64,000 nt of DNA from Minisyncoccota bacterium (GTDB lineage Bacteria > Patescibacteriota > Minisyncoccia > Phycocordibacterales > 21-14-all-36-13), in NCBI GenBank assembly GCA_041658885.1, contig JBAZZJ010000001.1:14779-78778 (forward strand). The letters run 5' to 3'. The translations under genes were made by a program, and so were the position numbers. How positions within the stretch are numbered: the stretch's first letter is position 1; every line of letters begins with the position of its first letter. Below the pieces are notes generated by a model. It had not been told where the DNA came from and made no database searches. It saw only the letters and a program-made list of their open reading frames with translations. Positions 35,677 through 43,055 of this stretch are shown piece after piece.

Positions 35677-35746
35677 AAAATATTATTAATTTAAGCCATA
35701 TACCGTGTCCAAAACGTGCGTGACTTAACTATTCTCTCCAGGAAAC

Positions 35747-35876
35747 CATTCTCTAATTTAATTAAATAGTTGAATAGTGAAGTTTAGCGACGAAAAATGT
35801 ATTTTCTAATTTAATTAAATAGTTGAATAGTTTCATTTCCATATGTATTTTCTAATTTAATTAAATGGTTGAATAG
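35747..35876 (+). repeat. Second block of three copies of the same 31-nt repeat
   Basis: Units 35747-35777, 35800-35830 and 35846-35876; first spacer matches the upstream block; upstream CAGGAAAC homology also shared. Confidence 0.85.
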
Positions 35877-36006
35877 TTCAATATAAAACAAATAGTGTTT
35901 TTAGGGAATTTTGAGAATTTGGAGGATTATTCAAATTTTTTCAAAAAATTTTTAAAAAGTTTTCTAAAATGGTAGAATATAAATAGAGGTTTAGCTAAAT
36001 AAAGAT

Positions 36007-38259
36007 ATGAATAAAAAAACATCAAATAAAATATTTACCACTGAACGAGAAGGTCAACTTCATTTCTTTCATAATTTTGGAATCAATCTTGATGAGAATG
36101 ATGTTTTAATTGCAAATACTGATGGCGTATATAAAGGTAATATTTTCGAATTTAAACCAAATATTAACAACACTCAACAAGTACTTTTTCAAGCTATTAA
36201 ATATTGTTCAAGATTGAGAATTACTGGTCATCCAGTACCAAAAAATATTTTACTTGTTTCGTTAAATCAAAGTAAAATGTACATTTTTGACAGTGGAGAT
36301 TATTTTGGTGAAATTCATGAAATTTATTATGGTGGGGCTAGTAAGAATAATGATGGTTTTGCAATTAAAAATCAGCCTATTGAAATTGATTACTCAATGA
36401 GTATAGGTGCAGATAAAGTTTTGAAGTTATTAAAAGAAAATAATTTTACAAAGATTAAAATTAATGAGGACTGTATTGTTGGATGGGCAGAAAAATTTTA
36501 CCGAGAAAACCCAACTGCGAAGAAAGGTGATTTTCTTGATGATAGAGATGGTGGAGAAATCCGTAAGCCAATAAAGTTTAGAGATTATATTTTGCCGTTT
36601 AAAGAAAAAACAAATATCAAATTTAAGTATTTGATGGACAAGTTGAATGATAATTTGATAAAGAAAGAACTCGGTGCGTTTTTTACACCACCTGCTTATG
36701 CAAAAAAATCTGTAGAACTTGTCCGTGAGGCAATTAAACTTGTTCCAAAGGGTAACGACTATATTATTTTAGATCGCTGTGCGGGGACTGGGAGTCTAGA
36801 GTCAGAACTTTCTGATGAAGAATTAGAACACACTATAGTTAGCACCTATGAATACTACGAATATAAGGTTTTGTTAGAGCGTTTTAATGGACGAGTCCGT
36901 CACATTATTCCACCAACTGATGATAATGTAGAATTTTCTGCTGGTTTTGTAGTAAATGCAGATGCGTTAAGTGAAGATTTTATAAATAATGAAATTATTA
37001 AACAACATATTGATAATCCAAAATGTACTGTAATTTTGTTTGAAAACCCACCGTATGCAGAAGCCGGAGCTATTCAAACAAATGAGGCGAGAACAGAAAG
37101 AGGTGCTATTTGGAAAAAAAGTTTTATAGCAGAAGAAATGAAGAAGGAGATTAAAGGTGTAGCAAGAAATGATCTAGCCAATTTATTTATTTGGTCTGGT
37201 ATTAAAAAATATTTAAGATCTGAAACAGATAGTTACATTTTATTTTCTCCAGTCAAATATTTTAAATCACAAAATTTAGTTAATAAAAATTTTCAGAAAG
37301 GTTTTATTTTTAATAGAAAATTTTTCCATGCAACCGCTTCGGCCATATCGTGTGTGTGGTGGAAAAATTTAAATAAGAAACAAGACGTTTTTGATATGGA
37401 GATTTATGATTTAGACGATAAAAATACTTTAGATACCCTAGATGATGAAGCAAAATTTTTACAAAAAATTAAGTTAAAAAAAGTTAATAAGTTATTGTCT
37501 GATTTATATGATAAAAGACCATTTACTGACGATAAAAAAGGGATTACTGTTGGATATGATGGAAAAGAAAGTAAAGATGTAAAAATCAGAATCTCTCCAT
37601 TGTTTAACAAAAACATTATTGGTTATTTAGTAGCACAATCTTTTTCTTTTGAAAACCCAAGAATGTTATCAAATTTATTTAGAACAGCTATTTATAATGG
37701 TAATGGTTTTTATTTACGCTCTGATAATTTTCTTGAAAAACTTCCACTTTTTGCTGTTGGTAAATATCCAATCGAAGAAAAATGGTATGAAAATGGTACT
37801 ATTTTTAAGTCCTCAGATAGTGGTGAAAAATATACAAAAGATAAAGATTTCTTAAAATCATGTTTTATCTTCACATGTCTGTCTCGATATAATAAATGCA
37901 TCTCTTTCACAGGGAGTGATAAACGATTCTATAAAAATGAGCTATGTTTCAATAATGACACATTAGCAAGTGAACAGCTTGGAAAATTTAAATTAAATAG
38001 TGACGAAAAAGAATTGATTAAGATTTGGGAAGGTGTTTTGGTTGAAGCAAGAAAGACGGAAAATTATAATAAAAAATTAGCATATGGTCCTTACCAAATT
38101 GAAATAGAATTAAATACATCAGAGAAGGATGAAAATGAAAAAACAGTTCATGATTACCCGACGCTTAATGGTGAATTAGAAAATCTCAAGAAAAAATTGA
38201 AAGTATATTATGCAAAATATATTACACCAAAATTATTCGAATATGAACTACTGAAATAA
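36007..38259 (+). CDS. Type IIG/IIL-like fused restriction-modification enzyme (N-terminal PD-ExK nuclease plus gamma-class N6-adenine methyltransferase plus specificity region)
   Basis: TDGVYKGNIFEFK (D-x9-E-x-K), FFTPPAYA, ILDRCAGTGS (motif I), FENPPYAE (motif IV). Confidence 0.7.
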   Translation: MNKKTSNKIFTTEREGQLHFFHNFGINLDENDVLIANTDGVYKGNIFEFKPNINNTQQVLFQAIKYCSRLRITGHPVPKNILLVSLNQSKMYIFDSGDYFGEIHEIYYGGASKNNDGFAIKNQPIEIDYSMSIGADKVLKLLKENNFTKIKINEDCIVGWAEKFYRENPTAKKGDFLDDRDGGEIRKPIKFRDYILPFKEKTNIKFKYLMDKLNDNLIKKELGAFFTPPAYAKKSVELVREAIKLVPKGNDYIILDRCAGTGSLESELSDEELEHTIVSTYEYYEYKVLLERFNGRVRHIIPPTDDNVEFSAGFVVNADALSEDFINNEIIKQHIDNPKCTVILFENPPYAEAGAIQTNEARTERGAIWKKSFIAEEMKKEIKGVARNDLANLFIWSGIKKYLRSETDSYILFSPVKYFKSQNLVNKNFQKGFIFNRKFFHATASAISCVWWKNLNKKQDVFDMEIYDLDDKNTLDTLDDEAKFLQKIKLKKVNKLLSDLYDKRPFTDDKKGITVGYDGKESKDVKIRISPLFNKNIIGYLVAQSFSFENPRMLSNLFRTAIYNGNGFYLRSDNFLEKLPLFAVGKYPIEEKWYENGTIFKSSDSGEKYTKDKDFLKSCFIFTCLSRYNKCISFTGSDKRFYKNELCFNNDTLASEQLGKFKLNSDEKELIKIWEGVLVEARKTENYNKKLAYGPYQIEIELNTSEKDENEKTVHDYPTLNGELENLKKKLKVYYAKYITPKLFEYELLK

Positions 38260-38468
38260 TTTTATGAAAATTCTTCCAATAATTTTACAAAAGAAATTAT
38301 GAAAAGAGAAACAAAGGAAAATTAATCTATAAAATGGACAAAGACAAGATAAAATTTTTTCTGGAGTCGTCCATTACAAGAAAAACAATTTAGAGCAGAT
38401 TGGTGGCCAGAAACACTCTATGTATTTCTAATATTGAGTGTTTTAATGTTTAGTTTATTTATATTATT

Positions 38469-39161
38469 ATGAAAACCACTTATCAAACCAAAAAAACATG
38501 GAAGGAACTTTATAAAATAGAAGCATCAAAAAAATCAGAGAATGATTTTTCTAGTTTTTGTAAGAAAAATAATATTTTTTGTCAAAAATTAGATTTGGTA
38601 GAAAATGAGTCATTGAGAATCAAATATCTCATAAATTCAAAAGGAAATTGTCCAGATTTTTTGATTAAAAAAGAAAAACTTTTTTGTTTTGTTGAAGTGA
38701 AAACGCTTACTAATTTTACGAATGCAAAACGAGAGAAAGAAATAGATACGAGGAGAGAAGCCCTGCAAAAAAAACATCAAAGTGGGATTATTATAAATGA
38801 CACCATAGATTTTTATACCGAGTTGTGGGGGCCATTCAAGACCTTCATACAGAGCTGTAGTAAAAAGTTTAAAAATATAAAGGATAAATATAAATATCCA
38901 CGCCTACTTCTTGTTGGTGGATCTAATGTAGATCAGATTCGGATGTCGGCACTTTTCCATGGCTCATATTTAAGCTATGACATAAGATTAGAAAAGTGGA
39001 TTGGTTTTCAAAAAAAGAAAATTGGGCTTTTTGATAAGATGGGGTCAAACATAAGTGCAGTTATCTACTGGAATAAAGATTTCAATAGATACTTCTGCCT
39101 AGAGAATCCTAGATTTAAGGTTAAATTTTCTGAAACTGATTTTAAACATTTTTTCTCCTAA
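38469..39161 (+). CDS. Hypothetical PD-(D/E)XK-like nuclease-fold protein
   Basis: CPDFLIKKEKLFCFVEVK fits the PD...(D/E)xK pattern. Confidence 0.45.
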   Translation: MKTTYQTKKTWKELYKIEASKKSENDFSSFCKKNNIFCQKLDLVENESLRIKYLINSKGNCPDFLIKKEKLFCFVEVKTLTNFTNAKREKEIDTRREALQKKHQSGIIINDTIDFYTELWGPFKTFIQSCSKKFKNIKDKYKYPRLLLVGGSNVDQIRMSALFHGSYLSYDIRLEKWIGFQKKKIGLFDKMGSNISAVIYWNKDFNRYFCLENPRFKVKFSETDFKHFFS

Positions 39162-39184
39162 TTTATGAAATTGTAAACAAAAAA

Positions 39185-39802
39185 ATGGAAAAATTTAGAT
39201 TAGTTAAGGATTTGAAAGTTGTTTTAAAGGATTTTGAGCTAATGGTGAAAAATCCTAAATGGCTTTGGAATGGTAGGAAATTAAATAATTTCAATTTATT
39301 ACCAAGGGAAGTGTGGGGAAACTGGTTGGTGTCTGTTGTTTTATGTAAATTATATGGCAGGGACATAACTTTTGCTGATAGTGTTGAAGGAGACGGGTTT
39401 ATAGTAGATATAGTAAATGGAAGTATAAAAGGAATTTTCCCAACAGAACATGTTTCTGCATTAGATATTCCGAAAGGTAAAAAATTACCCAATGGAGAGC
39501 AACGAATTATTGATGCAATAAATTTAAAGATTTCAAGGGGTTCTAGTTATGCACAAGGGAAACTGCTTATTGTATTTTTTGACGGAGCTGGTAAATTTTT
39601 TAGAAAACAAATACGAGAAAGTATTTTTAGACGACATAATTTTGAAGCTGTTTTTTGTGTTGGTCTTTTAAATTCTTGCAAAGATGGATATTCTTATATT
39701 GTGACAGAGTTCAGAGATTCTTTTGGAATTCAATCAATAACACACAAGATTGAAATAAATGAAAATTTTACTGATTGGAAGATTTCTAAAATAATGCAAT
39801 GA
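39185..39802 (+). CDS. Hypothetical protein
   Basis: 205-aa ORF, 24 nt after the previous gene; no motif recognised. Confidence 0.45.
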   Translation: MEKFRLVKDLKVVLKDFELMVKNPKWLWNGRKLNNFNLLPREVWGNWLVSVVLCKLYGRDITFADSVEGDGFIVDIVNGSIKGIFPTEHVSALDIPKGKKLPNGEQRIIDAINLKISRGSSYAQGKLLIVFFDGAGKFFRKQIRESIFRRHNFEAVFCVGLLNSCKDGYSYIVTEFRDSFGIQSITHKIEINENFTDWKISKIMQ

Positions 39803-40149
39803 AAACTGACTGGCTAACAAAAAAAATAACAGTAAATGAAACAAAAATAGAAAAATTTGCAAATAGATGGTTTTTTATTTTAGAATGGCTCATAATTTTG
39901 GGGTTGCTTATGTATTTACAAGTCACAAATAAAAGTTGGTATCTTTATCCTATAACTTTTTTATCATACGCGGTGTTTTCTCTTTATATTCACTCTTTGT
40001 TTTATTCGTCATCACTATATAAATATTTAATAAAAAAACTTAATATAAGTAGTGTTTTAGGATCACTAGTAATTATTTTAGTGTCAATTTTAATTGGTGT
40101 ATTGGTAGGTATTATTACTTCGGATATAGCTATCAGTTATATAAAATAA
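39799..40149 (+). CDS. Small three-TM membrane protein
   Basis: ATGA overlap with the upstream ORF; three hydrophobic segments. Confidence 0.5.
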   Translation: MKTDWLTKKITVNETKIEKFANRWFFILEWLIILGLLMYLQVTNKSWYLYPITFLSYAVFSLYIHSLFYSSSLYKYLIKKLNISSVLGSLVIILVSILIGVLVGIITSDIAISYIK

Positions 40150-40200
40150 TGTTATAAAAAATAATTATCAAATTCAAAGAAAATTTGGTATATTTTAGAA

Positions 40201-41298
40201 ATGAATATTAGTATAGGAATTGTTGGTTTACCAAACGTTGGGAAATCTACGCTATTTAATGCGCTGACGAAAAAATCCGTTCCGGCGGAGAATTATCCTT
40301 TCTGCACAATTGACCCATCCGTGGGTATTGTTCCCGTACCCGACGAACGAATGGAAATATTAAATAAATTTTCAAATTCAAAAAAGAAAATTCCAGCGGT
40401 TGTGGAATTTGTTGATATTGCAGGTCTTGTAAAAGGAGCGTCTGAAGGTGAAGGGCTTGGAAATCAATTTTTAGCAAACATAAGGGAAACCGATGCAATC
40501 GCAGAAGTTGTGAGAATATTCGAAGACAAGAATATAACACACGTTCATAATGAAATAGACCCGCTCAAAGATATTGAAATAATAAATTTGGAATTAATAA
40601 TGTCTGATTTTCAAGCAGTTTCAAAAAGAATAAATAGTTTGGCAAAGGATGTTAAGAAGGGAGATAAGAAAGCAATTTTTGAAGAGGGGGTTTTAAAAAA
40701 GATGTATAAGATTTTGAATGAAGGAAAACTCGCGTCTATACTTGATTTAAATAAAGAAGAAAAAGAAGTTTTGAAAAATTTAAATCTTCTTACATCAAAA
40801 AAAATAATATATGTTTTAAATAAGAAAAGTGGTTGCAAGGATGTGTGTGAAATAAAAGACGAAAGATATGAAAAATTGATGAATTTTTTTAAAGACACCG
40901 GTTCGGAGTTTGTTATTGTTGACGCTGGGATTGAAAATGAGTTAAAGGACTTAAGTGTTGAGGACGCAAAAGAATTTAGAAAGGAATTAAATATTTTTGA
41001 TGATGGAACAAATGAACTTATAAAAAAGGGTTACTTGGCTTTGGACTTGATAACATTTTTGACGACTGGCGAAGATGAAACAAGAGCATGGACCATAAAA
41101 AGAAATTCAAGCGCGCCGGAGGCAGGGATGGCGATTCACACTGATTTTAAAGATAAATTTATTCGTGCAGAAATTATAAATTGGAAAGATTTAGTTGATT
41201 CTGGTTCGTATGCAAACGCGAGAGCAAGGGGATTGGTTAGAACGGAAGGGAAGGAATATGTTGTGAAAGATGGGGACGTGGTTGAATTCAAAATCTGA
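40201..41298 (+). CDS. ychF: Ribosome-binding ATPase YchF
   Basis: GIVGLPNVGKSTLFNALT P-loop, TGS-like C-terminus. Confidence 0.9.
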   Translation: MNISIGIVGLPNVGKSTLFNALTKKSVPAENYPFCTIDPSVGIVPVPDERMEILNKFSNSKKKIPAVVEFVDIAGLVKGASEGEGLGNQFLANIRETDAIAEVVRIFEDKNITHVHNEIDPLKDIEIINLELIMSDFQAVSKRINSLAKDVKKGDKKAIFEEGVLKKMYKILNEGKLASILDLNKEEKEVLKNLNLLTSKKIIYVLNKKSGCKDVCEIKDERYEKLMNFFKDTGSEFVIVDAGIENELKDLSVEDAKEFRKELNIFDDGTNELIKKGYLALDLITFLTTGEDETRAWTIKRNSSAPEAGMAIHTDFKDKFIRAEIINWKDLVDSGSYANARARGLVRTEGKEYVVKDGDVVEFKI

Positions 41299-41385
41299 TG
41301 ATTTTGAATTCAATAATTTTTAATTTCTAATTACTAATTACTAATGAAATGTTAAATTTTAAAAAAATGTTATAATATACACATT

Positions 41386-42402
41386 ATGGAATCAAATAAA
41401 CCAAAATTAAGTGTAGGGTTTTTCTTTTTGTGTTTGGGGATATTAATAACATTAATAACTTCAGTCACATCATTTCTCAATCTCGTTTTTGAAACACTTA
41501 ACAAACGCTTTCCAGATGTTTTGAATGCAAGTTATCAATATGGGTACTCAACTTATGAATATGAAGGAATTCGCATGGCACTCGCGACTCTCATTATATT
41601 TTTCCCAGTCTTTATTGTCGTTTCTTATTTTTGGAGAAAATATGCGAAAGGAGTTATGGGCCATGTAGATGAAGTTATAAGAAAATGGGTGATATACATT
41701 ATTTTATTTCTTTCCACAATCACAATAATGGTGGACTTGGTTACTCTTATTAAATATTTTATTTCAGGCGAAATAACCACACGATTTATTTTAAAAGTAA
41801 TAATTACACTCATAGTTGCCGGCTTGGTTGGTACTTATTATATATTTTTACTTAGAGAAAAAAATTCTTTATCTAAAAAGGGTTTAATTTTTACAATAGT
41901 TGGTGCAGTTCTTGCCGTCGGAGCGATTGTTTTCAGTTTTATGATTATGGGAAGTCCCGCAAAGCAAAGACAACTTAGGTTAGACGATAGACGAATAGGT
42001 GACCTTCAAAGTATTCAATATCAAGTTATTTATCATTGGCAATCAAAAGAAAAATTGCCTGAAAAACTTTCTGACCTGTCCAATCCAATATCTGGGTATT
42101 CGTTGCCAGTTGACCCAGAATTTGAAAAAGGAAATACTTATGAATATTTTGTAAAAGACAAACTTAAATTTGAACTTTGTGCGACATTTGCATTACCCAT
42201 TCCGCAGGGCTGGGTGGAATATTCTAATGGAGGAGGAATTATGCCAATGATAAATTATTATGGTGGGAAAGACATAGCGGTTTCATCTCGTCCTTATCTT
42301 GGTGGAGGAATAAATGAATCTTGGGACCACAAAGAGGGCAGAACTTGTTTTGAAAGGACGATAGATAAAGATTTGTATCCACCATACCCTAAACCACTAT
42401 AA
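41386..42402 (+). CDS. Membrane protein (N-terminal multi-TM domain of the DUF5671 type common in CPR) with an extracytoplasmic C-terminal domain
   Basis: Five or six TM segments then a soluble tail; family assignment from memory only. Confidence 0.5.
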   Translation: MESNKPKLSVGFFFLCLGILITLITSVTSFLNLVFETLNKRFPDVLNASYQYGYSTYEYEGIRMALATLIIFFPVFIVVSYFWRKYAKGVMGHVDEVIRKWVIYIILFLSTITIMVDLVTLIKYFISGEITTRFILKVIITLIVAGLVGTYYIFLLREKNSLSKKGLIFTIVGAVLAVGAIVFSFMIMGSPAKQRQLRLDDRRIGDLQSIQYQVIYHWQSKEKLPEKLSDLSNPISGYSLPVDPEFEKGNTYEYFVKDKLKFELCATFALPIPQGWVEYSNGGGIMPMINYYGGKDIAVSSRPYLGGGINESWDHKEGRTCFERTIDKDLYPPYPKPL

Positions 42403-42990
42403 TTTTTAAAAAAATCTATCCCGTTAAATAAAAGAGCCGGGGGTTCAGAGTACCCCGGCTTGTTAAATAATCTCTATGTTGAGGTGAGTTATTTAACTGA
42501 CAAACTCATAATAAATACATTCATAAAAAATCTCCCTTTGCCGATCTTTACCTGTGGGGATATGGAGCATGTACCTCACTGAGTTATAGTACTATGTCCA
42601 CAAATAATAATATCATAAATCAAGGAAAATAAAAAAAAGCGCAGATTACGTCTGCGCTTTTGCTTCTTCATCGTATGAATCTCTCTCCAATTAAAAACTG
42701 GGAGATGTTCAGCTCTTTTTATCTTAAATGAACTCCCGTTAGGGTTATTTATAATTTAGCATGTCTTTTTAAAAAAGCAATAAAAGGGGACAACTTTTGA
42801 TTGTCCCCTTAAAAAGATGCCTAAGAAGAGGTTACTTGTTCCTACAACAAGCCCTCGTTTTCGCTTTAGCAAATTTTTCATTTAGTTCCTCCAATTTTTA
42901 AGAAAAGGAACTTTTACTGGTTCTCTAAAGAACCAATGTTATTCTAATATAAAATATTTTTTTTTGCAATAAATTTATTGTATAATTCAT

Positions 42991-43045
42991 CCTGTGGAAT
43001 ATGATGCTTTAGCATCATAAAACCTAAAGGTTTTTATTTCACGGG
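42991..43045 (+). repeat. 55-nt three-stem element immediately 5' of leuS (homolog of 50284-50341)
   Basis: Outer stem CCTGTGGAAT/ATTTCACGGG (two G-U), hairpins ATGATGC-TTT-AGCATCAT and AAAACC-TAA-AGGTTTT; TATAAT 42981-42986 just upstream. Confidence 0.75.
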
Positions 43046-43055
43046 ATAAAATATA

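Noticed and set aside
34578-35876. The 31-nt repeats with 22-nt, 22-nt and 15-nt intervening sequences looked like two mini CRISPR arrays next to a Cas4-like gene
   Set aside because: The spacers are nearly identical to each other within and between blocks. They are too short, there are only three units per block, and there is no cas1, cas2 or effector gene. This behaves as a 53-bp tandem repeat or operator array, not a CRISPR array.
42756-42881. 41-codon minus-strand ORF (MKNLLKRKRGLVVGTSNLFLGIFLRGQSKVVPFYCFFKKTC) with a perfect GGAGG-N6-ATG
   Set aside because: The reading frame runs through a Rho-independent-type terminator (42808-42770, minus) before reaching its stop, and there is no recognisable family. 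It may be a leader or toxin-like peptide but is not supportable as a gene.
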